From: Antedon mediterranea
Lineage: Eukaryota; Animalia; Echinodermata
NCBI RefSeq assembly: GCF_964355755.1
Contig: NC_092672.1
Location: 8,742,001 to 8,806,000, forward strand
Reading direction: 5' to 3'
Length of the DNA: 64,000 nucleotides
Shown: positions 50,774 through 62,480 of the stretch, piece by piece
Position numbering within the stretch: position 1 is the stretch's first letter
Layout of the letters: every line of letters starts with the position of its first letter
Translations under genes and position numbers: made by a program
The notes under the pieces: generated by a model
Seen by the model: only the letters and a program-made list of their open reading frames with translations
The model's database searches: none
What the model was told of the DNA's origin: nothing

Positions 50774-51666
50774 ATATGTTGCGCACTGTATAATTTATTT
50801 AATTGTATGCGTTGTATTTGTATATTTATACGGTACCGTTCTTATTTTTGTTTGAATTATTATTATTATTTTAGGGGTCAATGTGAGACAAGTTCTACTT
50901 CTAATTTTGATCCCTAAGATGGTCTTATATTAATTGTTTATGATTGTTTATTGTAATATTGTTTGTTATATATTGTGACCATCTTAAATAAATGTATTAT
51001 TGAATTGAATTGAATTGAATAATTGATCTTCCAAGTTTGAGTGCCTTTTGTGCATACTTTTTGAGAATTTCATTTAGGCCTATATGTCATAATATGGATT
51101 TAATTGTAGATTACGGAGATTATTTAATTCATATTTTCTACTCTACTATTTACATAATTTGTAATAGTATCTTTATTTAAATCCATAATTAAGAAATAAC
51201 TTAAATTTGTTGTGCTTTATTTTGTTTTGTTGTTGTTGTTGTTATATATTCCATTCTGTAAATGGCGGACTCCCAGCTATTAAGTGTGAATTAAAAATAA
51301 TATTTCTATAGCTTCCCAGTAGTAGTTTACATAACATTATGCATTAGCTAGTAAGACTTAAAATTAGGAAATTAAAATTGGTACAAACACGCTTAGTCTA
51401 TTAATCCACCATAACTGAACCCAATTTGTAAAATTACTATCCTCGTTAAAACCTTATAAGGCTTCTGAATTATCAATTTTAATAATAGATTTGGACATAT
51501 TATAGTAGTATACTAATTAATAATAAAAAAAGCTTTTTAAAAGTGATGAAAATTATATATTTGAATCATTAAAAATATTTTATAACAAGATAAAAAAAAT
51601 CAGAATTAGTTAAAACCAATACGACAACGGTACTTATTTATCCATTGGTTAACTATCTTCATTTTT

Positions 51667-51901
51667 AGCTCTGTGTTACACTATCAAACTTTATGTGACA
51701 ACAACAAATGTGATGTGCCCATATATGGACAAGATCACTGCCGTATTTGGGCATAACACTATCGTATTTGGTTATATCACTACCGTATTTGGGCATATCA
51801 CTACCGTATTTGAGAATATCACTACCGTATTTGGGCATATCACTACCATATTTGGGCATATCATACCCTTTTTGACTAGTTTGATAGAGACAGACAGAGC
51901 T
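51667..51901. mobile_element. MITE family B with an expanded internal 21-bp repeat
   Basis: Family B ends; ATATCACTACCGTATTTGGGC occurs about 6 times (about 51733-51863). Confidence 0.88.
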
Positions 51902-51964
51902 TAACGGTATCAAGTTAAAAATAACAGCAAATAACACCTGAATTTTATTTTCTTCTTCAAACAG

Positions 51965-52055
51965 AGGACAATGGCAGAGACTGTCTGAATATCCAGATTC
52001 GTCTGCTAACTTCGATGTAGGAAAAACAGCGAAATCCACCTACTGGGACTTGTAG
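51965..52055 (+). CDS. Mucin-like gene, exon 4 (cytoplasmic tail GQWQRLSEYPDSSANFDVGKTAKSTYWDL*)
   Basis: Polypyrimidine acceptor TTTTCTTCTTCAAACAG|. Phase 2 matches exon 3. Stop TAG at 52053-52055. Confidence 0.75.
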
Positions 52056-52267
52056 GAAACACCACGCAACGCATATTCACCAATTGAAGTTTAAACGAAG
52101 ATAAAACAATACAATCCCTACTAAACTGTACAAATGAATATACAGTATAAACTATGTGTTGACTATTGTGTTCAGCAAAATTAAAATTGCATCTGCTGCT
52201 CAACGGCTAAAAACGTTGCGTAGTAGTAAACTGCATTATGCTACAATTGTTTTATTTATAATCGATT

Positions 52268-52650
52268 TTTTAAGGATGTTATGCTATATATGTTATGTGT
52301 GACTGTATTCGATAAGTATATCATATCTTTATTTCTGAACTTTATACTTTTCCGACAAAAACAAGAGGAAAGGCGTCTAAGGTAATTGAAAAAGTAAGAT
52401 TTCGAATTTAATTTATAGAAAATTCTCAAAAAACACAACCAAAATGAATTATATATTATGCTACTTTACATTTATATTGTTTATGTATTATTTATGTTTT
52501 ATTTAAGGACGTTATGCTATATAATAATTGTTGACTGTATTTAGAGTAGTGCATCATGCATCAATTATACTTTTCCCACAAACAGGAAGGGTTTGGGTTA
52601 GCGTCTAGAGTATTCAAAAGAAGGATTGCGAATTTAATTTATATATAATT
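52268..52650 (+). repeat. Old diverged tandem duplication (period about 235 bp)
   Basis: TTTAAGGA(T/C)GTTATGCTATATA...TTATACTTTTCC...GCGTCTA...CGAATTTAATTTATA at about 52268 and 52502. Confidence 0.7.
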
Positions 52651-52698
52651 TCCTCCTACAAACAAAGTATGTTCACTGGTACTCATGACTCAAAATAA

Positions 52699-52844
52699 AG
52701 CTCTGTCTACACTATCAAACTTTATGTGTGATTGTGTGATTTGCCTATATCTGGACATGATGATGTAGTAGGCCTATATTTGGCCATATCATTACCATGT
52801 TTGGGCAATCAATTTTTGTCAAACTAGTTTGTGTAGACAGACCT
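52699..52844. mobile_element. Harbinger-type MITE family B
   Basis: TAA|AGCTCTGTCTACACTATCAAAC ... GTGTAGACAGACCT|TAA. Confidence 0.85.
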
Positions 52845-53759
52845 TAAAGATTGATAGTATAATACCATCACTCTAATTAAAATAGGCTGAACTGTGTTTG
52901 CTAGTGTTTGACCTCATGTTTTCTGCTTTTGATGAAGTTGTATTATATCATTTTAACTCCTATTATTATTATATTGCTTGTAATCTTGTTCTTATAATTT
53001 TTCTTGCATATTGTTATTAAAATTAATTTTTAACAAATACATTATTGAATGAACTCAATTGGAACCGAGTTGTATGTAAATGAGATTGTCAATGCACTTT
53101 TATAAAATCCATTGCTACTGCTTTGTTTGCAGCATTACAAGATACAATGCATCTCAAGAAATGTGACCAATCACAAGCGACAGATGATGGTAAAAAGATT
53201 GTTTTATTATGTAGTGCATGTATACCTAGATTGATAATGTCAATTAATCTGTATCCGGAATAATTATTGTTGTTTAAGAAACAGGTTGACCGAGTTTATA
53301 ACTTGAATCTTGAATTAATAATATATTGGCTGGCTCACGTGCCCTATAGCCTATTCATTATTTTAAGCAGTTATTGGAAAACATATATCATACTGTAGGC
53401 ATGTATGTAGATGCATCATATATTTTTGATTTGTTTAATTATTGTTTGAAAGACCGCGAGATTGATTGAAATCTTCTATTTTGCATCGTAGAAAAAAAGT
53501 TTAGCCTCAGACTGTATGGTATATATGCGTCGACCTCGTTTTTATTTAGCAATGAAACATACTACACAAACGAAGATCTCGGAATTGTATATTAAAAATG
53601 TCAACCTTTTTTAATATTATGAATTTGTTGTAAGTTCGTTTGTTTGAAAAGCACGAATGATTGGCCTCCTTTGTCACAATTTGAACATTATGGCAATTTC
53701 TAGTTTGTTTGCTGAAATAAATCTGTAATAGGCCTACTACAAACATCGATATACGGCCA

Positions 53760-53850
53760 TCGATATATGGACATGATGATGTCATATCACTACCATATTT
53801 GGGCATATCACATTGTGTTGTCAAACTAGTTTGATAGTGTAGACGGAGCT
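53760..53850. mobile_element. MITE family B, right half
   Basis: GGACATGATGATGTCATATCACTACC...GTTTGATAGTGTAGACGGAGCT|TAA. Confidence 0.85.
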
Positions 53851-53960
53851 TAAAAAGCCCATCTCGAACACAAGCACTTCTCTGTGATTTGCATATAATC
53901 TCGAAAAAAGCCCATTTCGAAAATCGTATTTCCAATTAATATGGAACAACATTTGCATAC

Positions 53961-54097
53961 TGCGTTGTTCTCACTTGAAAGCTACGGAATTACATAAAAG
54001 CACCGCAAAATTTGACCAATCACAACGCGATGGATAATCAAAACTGTCGTTTGTGATTGGTCAACTCACTGCGTTATGTCAAAGTGGGAACAACGCT
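53961..54097. mobile_element. Degenerate MITE related to family A
   Basis: GCGTTGTTCTCACTT...TGACCAATCACAA/TTGTGATTGGTCA...AAGTGGGAACAACGCT. Confidence 0.65.
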
Positions 54098-57000
54098 TAG
54101 TGGTTACAGTTACTCCTGTAGGCCTACATTAAGCGTATCGCACAACGTCCTCGTATAGAAAAGTACAATGAATATGAATTGTCAGTTAGCTGCATATACA
54201 ACCGAAGCAAATGTTGATATACTTGAAACGGATTGTAACATTAAAGGTCATGCTTTAACAGAAAGACTGATACAGATGCATAACCAGTGCGTTACTCGAC
54301 TATGGTGTGCGTTTAATGTCCACTACTCAAAACGTAATCTTCTTTAATAACAGTGCATAAAATGTGTCTTAAAAATACATACATAAGTAGGCCTAATACT
54401 AGATATTTTCTGAAACATTCTTATCTAGTTAATTTCTAATTTGGTGTCAGAGATGACTGAACTTGACATTTCATGTATTAGACGTAATAAAAGAAATGCT
54501 AGTTGCTGTACGACATCTAAACAGACTAGTTTCAATAGACCTGGTGCACACCTAACAATCAGGCGGCCTAATATCAACATAGTTTAAACAGAACAAGAGT
54601 ATTAAAATGCGTATAACAACAAAACCTCTTTTTAGTCTTCATGACTGAAATGCAATTAAAATCATCCCTTACATTTAATCACTTAGTTTAAACGTAATTA
54701 CTTTTAGGCCTGCTACAATCGTGGACGACTGATTTCAAAGAGTAACTTTTCATGTATGGTCCAGCCATGCGCAGAAACATCAAGGTGTACTATCATCTTG
54801 ACTAAGCACCTCGTGTTGTTGCGCATGACTGGATTGTATAGGTAAGCTCTCTGGTGTTATTCCTTTTCAAATGGAGTGATTATAAATATATCAATCTTAA
54901 AGACTTACATCACAATTGATAACATACTGTGTAACAAAAATTGTCAACTTTCTATCTCGTCATACACCATATTTTATTGTCATAGAATTCACATATGTAT
55001 TATCTAGATATAACTGAAGCAAAGAGACTTACCAACCGGAAGAAAGAATGCTTTCATAACAACAAATGGCGCGAAATGCATGATGAGTTAAACAGAAGAG
55101 CACCGCATACGGTCTCGATTGCATAACTGAATAAACAGAATAGCAATACTTTTACACATTATCTAATATCATAGATTAATGAACTTTCTTAAGAAGAACC
55201 TATTATTGACCTATATTAATACAATTCACTAATAATAATTATTTAATTGAAATTAAATATTGGATCAGCATCTTAAAAGATATAACTGGTACTAGTTATA
55301 TGTTAATAAGTTGTAGGCCATAAGTAGCATAACATTGCACAAAACTGACACGACGGCTGGATTGATCGGCACCGTAGGTGCAGGGATATTAAGCCTAACC
55401 TCAAATTTGATTTCTAAAACGTTTATTATTTATTTTAAAGCATTCATTCGAAGTGAATAGTCATTAAACCTTATTTATATACTTAATTTGATTTACTTAA
55501 CTTAAGCCTTAATTAAAATATTATTCGTAATGCAACTTTGAACACATTATATAAAAATCTTAACGTTACACTATGTATTATTTATTTGTAAAATATTTAA
55601 AACTGTGTTATAAAAAAAAAACAATAACAAATTGAAAACAACATTGTGAATTAAACGTAAAAAGTGCCTATTTATATATATTTATTAATGTTGACGTTTA
55701 TTAACAACAAATTACTTATATTAAAAATTATAAAAGTGGGTACATTATATCTATTCTTTATTGTTATGTGTATTCATTTTAATAGGCCATATTACCGAAA
55801 TGCTGCTTTCGTTATTGTACATTTCACGTATTACCGTATCATACCTTACATTAAATACATTAAATAGATATATTTATGTAGAAGATTTTACATTATCATT
55901 TAATAAGTATCTCATATTTTGACTTTAGCACTTTTAGTTTGTTATAATTATGACCACGGTAGGCTAGAGTGACATGTGATATGTGAAGATACAACTATAA
56001 CTCGCAATACAGTTTCCCCCTCCCCTAAACTGTTGCTATAAACACTCTTCCCTGCTATAAGGGTGTCCCTGTCATAAGGGTGTGGGGAACATAGATACAC
56101 GTGGCTGAGAAAATTACACTACATCAGCCCCTTTTGACAGACATGGATAATAAAGCTCTCCCACCACATCTTTTCAAGAATGCTACAATAACGGTTCTTG
56201 TATTTATTTAAAATTACTTAAAAATACGAAAGTTTATTTTCGTTTTAGTTTAAGAGACTAAACAGACTAGAATCTCCGATTTATATAATTCCATGAACTA
56301 CATGGAGAGTCTATAATGCACAGGTAGGTGTTACTAAATGTGTATTTTCGAGTAATCCACACTTTTTTTGATCGTTAACTAAAAACCAAAACGTACATAA
56401 ATGAGAGATTTTGTAATAAATATGCACAAATGAGAATGTAGTTAGATTATGATAATGACTCTTCAATCTCACACTACCATTTAGTATTCATTAAATACAA
56501 GAGTTTTAAGACAAGATTAGAACTACCTCACTGCATTTTGCTAACTGTATTATTGTCATTCACAACGAGCTAATATTATTATGCTTAATTGTCCTACAGT
56601 ACTTAACTAGGTCAACATACGCAATATAAAAACATAGCAATGATACATTTATTTTATAATTGTTAACTTTACATTTGTATAAACAAATAAACACTATTAT
56701 ACTGTTGCTAATAATGAAATCTGACCTCTCTCACAATATACGTTACCTTATTCTATATTATTGTAATACGTTCTGAATCACTTACATACTATTATAAAGA
56801 TTTTTCATTAGTCTATTATATTTAAATTTGGTATAATAAGTATTTTAAGGCAATTAATTACATTCATTCACAAACAAAAAATCAAATTACTGCGATGACA
56901 AAATATGGAAAAATATACACATTTTTTAAATTAAATTAATTTGAAATATTGACTGACCTAGAATATTGTAATTTACTGCGTATGGAAAAAAACCCAACCT

Positions 57001-58502
57001 CTTTAACAGATATCTCCAAGGTGTTTCTGAAGATAACGTAGGACATCATTAGTGTCTCTCTCAAGTTTGATGGGTACCTCAACAAGTGGTACAATCCCGT
57101 TACCTTTTCATACCTTTGCCAACAGTAAAATATCAGGAATAGGCCTACGGGGCGCGATTTGGGACAATGTGTATTTTGTTCGTAGTAACAAGATATAGTT
57201 TGTCTCGCCAAAACAAAATCTGTCGATAAAATAAACTTGGAGGCAACACGGTAGCAATATCCTATGAAAGATAGGTATGGAAGGCAAGAAATGAAAAAAA
57301 AAACCAGAAATGTATATGTTATAACCGGTCAACGTTCAATTTCAATCAAGATTACCTTAGACTTTAACATTATTAAGAATCGTCGTCGTCGTCGTCGTTT
57401 CAAAGGAAAAAACAAAAACAAAACATAACAACAAAATACTTAACTTTGACAACCTACTTTGAAAAGATCTTGAAATATATAAAACCAAATTATATTTTTA
57501 ACTTAGTGTTATAAAATATTGTTCGCTATATATACATATATATGTATCATTATTTATTAATCAACAGACTACTTACTAGTTTGAAAAATAAATGAAGCAT
57601 AATGCACATACATTATTCTTAATTTATTTTGATTATTCCCTCGTCAATTTCGAGTCTATAGAATTTTATTGCGTGATTTTGTAATGTCCATTTTTTCTCT
57701 TAAGACATTTTTGTTCACCACACGAGTATAATCGTGTTCATATACGTACAGTACTTGTACATAAACTTAATTTCAAGATTACTCTATATAATGAAACCTC
57801 ACAAGATTGTATAGCAGAAACTATACGTTATAATTCACATCCTATTGGGTGGAAATCAATGACGTCACAAAGACACTCGTATAGAAATATAAAGCGAAAT
57901 AATTAATTAAACTTGTTTAACTTTATACTATAACTTATAGTAATTGAGCTTAAAATATTCTGAAAACAACTTTGTTATGCATTAAACCAGGGAAGAGTGA
58001 ATTTCACTCTTGCCTGTTTAAACATTCTTCTATTAGAAAATCCCGTCTCCAGGAAAGATTACGATATACAATATCATATTCTTATCAATAAAAACAACAT
58101 TGTGTTACTATATTGCATTAATTTTTTAGTCGATGATGTTAACAAGAAATTGTACGCAAGTGTATAATTCCAGATATATTTTTAGTATTCAAAAGATTAT
58201 ATAATATTGCAATTACTGTACAGTGTCGAGTGAATCTGGTTACTCACATTGCTGCTGCAGGCGTTTTATCTAATGGTTGCAACTTTTAACACCAGATATT
58301 TAATTTAATAACCATATAAAGTCTTAAACATTTTATTCACAGAAACCTTAAATATATTATTTTCCTCAAATGAAAGCTTAAGATATAAAATATAATGAAA
58401 ATGAGTTTGGTACACCTTCTTTATTGAATCTTTGACCTTTCAGTGTCGTCTGCTCTCATATTACACACCTTTATGCAAATCAACTGATGACAACGGCGTT
58501 CT

Positions 58503-58535
58503 TCAAGATTTCTCCGGAATCTTGCTAAGTTGTGT
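58503..58535 (-). CDS. Probable terminal coding exon of an unidentified gene (TQLSKIPEKS*)
   Basis: Acceptor TTTTATTTTGTTATTATTATCTAG|. Phase 0 fits the exon at 59879-59730. Confidence 0.45.
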   Translation of the reverse strand, partial: TQLSKIPEKS

Positions 58536-58659
58536 CTAGATAATAATAACAAAATAAAAATATAATTGATTAGTTTAAAAAACGACACGGTTATCTTCCA
58601 TAGATCATGTCAATGACTCCTCACTTATCTTACCATTACCGAGCATCGTGTGTCATCTT

Positions 58660-59690
58660 TTGGCTGTATTACAAGTTCACATTATACCCCATGCATGATT
58701 GGTAACTAGTCAGTTGCGTATCCAGGATTTTGAAGTTGGCGGGGGGGGGGGGCAGAAATTGCCAATTTGCCGACAAAATTAGTGTCATTATCTGTACATA
58801 CACCTGATCAATATATGTTCTAGGATTGCATAGTCATTGTCTTATATGGAATAACGATGCAAAATTAAAACAAACCAACATTATCTGTTAGTATGTTGTA
58901 TTCATATTACAATAAAGAAAGAATTATGAAAATCTGACTGTAGTTTTCGAAATATAGGGTCTAAAACATCGGCTAAAATGATCGTTTTTAGCCACGAAAG
59001 AAGTAAAACAATTTGCGGCCTCAGTCGACAATTCTATTAACTACGCCATTTTTGGTTAAAATAATTACATATAATTACGTTTTTTTTGTAATTTATTTTA
59101 TATATCACCATTGGAAATATCAATAAAAAACATGTTATTAAATGCTTATAAAATATATAAAGTTGTTTACTTAACGGAATTCGGACCGCCCCCCCCCCCC
59201 CCACTGGATACGCCACTGTGCCACTGTAACTAGTTGTAACTAGTTCTAACTGGCTGGAATTAACATGTTTTGTATTATTCCAGTTGTACAAACTCATATC
59301 ATACCCCATGATTGATCACCACTCTGTTGTGTTTTTTAAACAAAACTAGATGTAACTAGTTCTAACTAGCTGGGATTAGCACATGTGTTGTATTATTCCA
59401 GTTGTACAAACTCATATCATACCCCCATGCATGATTGATCACCACTCTGTTGTGTTTTTTAAACAAAACTAGTTGTAACTAGTTCTAACTAGCTGGGATT
59501 AGCACATGTGTTGTATTATTCCAGTTGTACAAACGCCGATTATACCCCATTCATGTGTTGGCTTATTCCAAGCTCAGAGTATGCCCCATCATCATGCATG
59601 ACTGATCACCCCTCTATCGTGTGTTTGTTTATACTAAACTAGTTGTAACTGGTTCCAACAGGCTGGGGTTATTACATGTGTTGAATTATT
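58660..59690 (+). repeat. Minisatellite of about 120-125 bp, intronic, interrupted by a hAT element
   Basis: Repeats of GTAACTAGTTCTAACTAGCTGGGATTAGCACATGTGTTGTATTATTCCAGTTGTACAAAC...ATACCCCATG. Confidence 0.85.
58711..59218 (-). mobile_element. Internally deleted, inverted copy of the hAT element at 39992-41285
   Basis: TIRs CAGTTGCGTATCCAG / CTGGATACGCCACTG. The body is the reverse complement of about 40797-41285. TSD TAACTAGT at 58703-58710 and 59227-59234. Confidence 0.92.
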
Positions 59691-59729
59691 CATTATTTTT
59701 CATGTGTATCCTCAGCTTGATTTACTCAC

Positions 59730-59879
59730 CATTTTATTGCCAATTAATGAATTTTTAGCAACATTGATGAGTTTACTCGCAGATAGCAACGCCTTTCTTG
59801 TTGCTTTCCTGGTATCTTCTGTCACTTTGCGTGTGTTTAAAGTAACTCCAAATATGTCCTCATGGTAACGAACTTGGTC
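59730..59879 (-). CDS. Internal coding exon of an unidentified gene (DQVRYHEDIFGVTLNTRKVTEDTRKATRKALLSASKLINVAKNSLIGNKM)
   Basis: TTAACAG| 150 nt open in phase 0 |GTGAGT; protein-like composition. Upstream exons not located. Confidence 0.7.
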
Positions 59880-61039
59880 CTGTTAAGATATTAAATAGTT
59901 GGTAAAAACCAATCTCTATGAAAGTTATACATCATATCGTTTGTGTTCGTTTTTAGATACGAAATTAGATATGTAACTTCTAACTTATAACTGGTAATTA
60001 AAAATCCTTGTTTTTTTGTATTACTCACGAATAATAATAATAATATATAGGTCAATCAAAACATGTGGTTGGAAGGAGTTATGATACTTCATTAAATTAG
60101 TAAACTCAATGAATGAATATTTAAAATAATAATTACATAAAAGCATAAAACAACACTGCCAGTTTGAGATCATGAAAATGAACAGTTGTTTTTTTATTAG
60201 GAAAATGTATATAAAATAATTTACACATTGATTAGATTTTTTACAAGTTTTTTTTAATGACACGTGAACCAAACGTTTGTCTCGTTTCATTTTAACAATG
60301 TTAGTGATTATACATAAATTGACATGGGAATATATGTGTTGTTATATTATATCATAAGTTATGGTATGTTTTTACGCAATAAGACACAATGTTATAATCA
60401 TTTGGGATTTTCTATACTTTGTAAAGGTTTATATTTTTACTTTACCATAAACTGAATAAATTGAATTGAAATTGGAAAAGCAATATGCAACTTAATGGAC
60501 AGGAATTTTGACAACCAATTTAGTTAAAGTTAAGTCTGTAGAGAACTGGCTGACAATTGCAGATAGTATTTGTATCGTTTTCAGCAAACGAACACATTGA
60601 ATATATTGGCACTCGGAAGAATAAAAACAAGTTGATGATATATTAATGAATTTTATGTAAGATGAAGTCTTAATAATATTTCTTCGAATTCAGTTTAAGA
60701 TCTATATGTTCATTCTTTATCTCGCAGCCCTAATTGCATGAGAGTTGGATGCCTTGATGATCTTCTATAGAGTAACATTTTTAAATTAATTTTTGTAGTA
60801 TTTTGCTGGTTAAATCACACGATGATTCTTAGTGCTAAGGTATCTTCGACAATATTTGACCAGTATTATGGGAAAATTCGATAATATAGCATTCCTGTGT
60901 ACCAAATGGGGTACCTGTGTCATGTTAGGTTAGGTGAAAGGTTATGTTACGGTACTATGCGATACATGAAAATCACGGTTATGATGCTAAACCGAATTCT
61001 CCTATGATACTGTAGAAATGTTGATACAGTACGGAGAAA

Positions 61040-61200
61040 TGGGTGCTCGAGAACCATAGGCACACCGGGGACGAACTCATACTTTATCGAATAGTGTAGG
61101 CCCCTACCTAGTAAAAAATTTGCTTTACGTCCTATCCGATGGACAAGGCAACATGGCTATGGCTATCAGCAACAATATGACATAGACAGGTTCGATCTAC
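61040..61200 (-). mobile_element. Degenerate SINE with a Deu/Nin-like core
   Basis: The - strand reads TGTCCATCGGATAGGACGTAAAG...ACACTATTCGATAAAGTA...GTCCCCGGTGTG. Confidence 0.5.
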
Positions 61201-61671
61201 ATATTGCCCCATATCATCCTGTCGTTTTATAGAGAAAAAAACCCGTTTAAACCCAAATTTAAATCCATGCTTTACAGTTTTTGTTACAAGTAGCTCTCCT
61301 CTTCTTTTAACGGTAGAGTAATTGATATTGGTTATAATAGAGATTGGACATGATGTCTTATCTGTAAGTAGTGTACTTTCTATCCGAAGACTATAGTTAC
61401 AAATTCTGTATATAATAAAACATTAATGTTAAACAGTGTTCCAATTCATTACACAGTAACTAATCGACTAGCACTCAATTCTTCAGAAAACTAATTAAGA
61501 CACTGTAATACTAGACTATTCATTGGTGTTTTGGATTATTTATTGCTTGGAGTTTCAAAAACATGCTGAGAGTATCAGCTTAGCACTTAATTAATTAAAC
61601 CAAGAATAATGATGTTTAATGTATGACACGATGATCCCCATATAATATCAATTTGATTAAAATTGAATTAA

Positions 61672-62216
61672 TTAAAGATGTATTGTCCCTTGAAAAACAA
61701 AAAAATGAAGGTCAAAATATTCTAAATTTAAAGTAGCCATATCAAAGTAATATTAAAGTTTTTCACTTTAAGTCGAAAATTCGAGCCAAAAATAACAAGT
61801 TTACGTAATTAACAGGTAAATTAGTTTGATTACATTTCATCTGGAAAATCGTCACGAGCGAAAGTAAACAAAGATTTCAAACCATGAGTACGCATTATGC
61901 ATATGCTAAATTAGGATTGTTTACAACTCGTCACGGTTAAGAAGGTATTTTCACACAGATCATGAGGAAGTTTTATGATTATGCATACAGAGTAGCCAAA
62001 CAAGCGCGTTTCATTATGGGATATGTTTTGATTGAAAACTTTGACTGGAAGTCAAAGTTATTTTTGTAACAAAAAAACGTATGTATTTCAGTTAAATTTT
62101 TTTTTTTTGATAAATTTTTGGTGATAGTTAATAACTATTATGATACTTCAAAATGACCCACCTTTTTTCGAAATCTTTTATTTTTTATTTTTTTGGAATT
62201 AGTCAAAGGGACATTA
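61672..62216. mobile_element. Kolobok-like non-autonomous element, right end decayed
   Basis: TTAA|AGATGTATTGTCCCTTGA on the left and TCAAAGGGACA on the right. A related fragment TATTGTCCCTGAAAA lies near 12275. Confidence 0.5.
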
Positions 62217-62480
62217 TTATTGCTGCAGCAGTGTGTATATACTGCATGTCACTAAAATATATTTCCTGCACTTTGGTGGGCTGATCTTGGCGGTGCCTTG
62301 GCACCTGCCGCGTGCTATTTTTCTCTGAGCATCCCTGTTGTACTTACTTAGAATTGGAAAATTATTGCTATATAACTTATATTTGCTTATGACTTTAATG
62401 TGCAGTTTTACATGGGCGAATGTTCATTTACTAATTAAACTATTTAATCCAGAACTTATGTTTTAGGCGTTTTTATTTAT

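Larger units (their letters stand above)
46940..51020 (+). mobile_element. CR1/L2-group (Crack-like) LINE, truncated within ORF1, ORF2 intact; lies in mucin intron 3
   Basis: ORF1 remnant, spacer, ORF2, 3' UTR stem-loop (TTAGGGGTCAA...TTGATCCCTAA), AATAAA at 50987 and a (TTGAA)n tail. Confidence 0.92.

Noticed and set aside
51665-52039. ORFs with (DMPKYGS)n or (HITTVFG)n repeats
   Set aside because: Translation of the 21-bp internal repeat of MITE family B.
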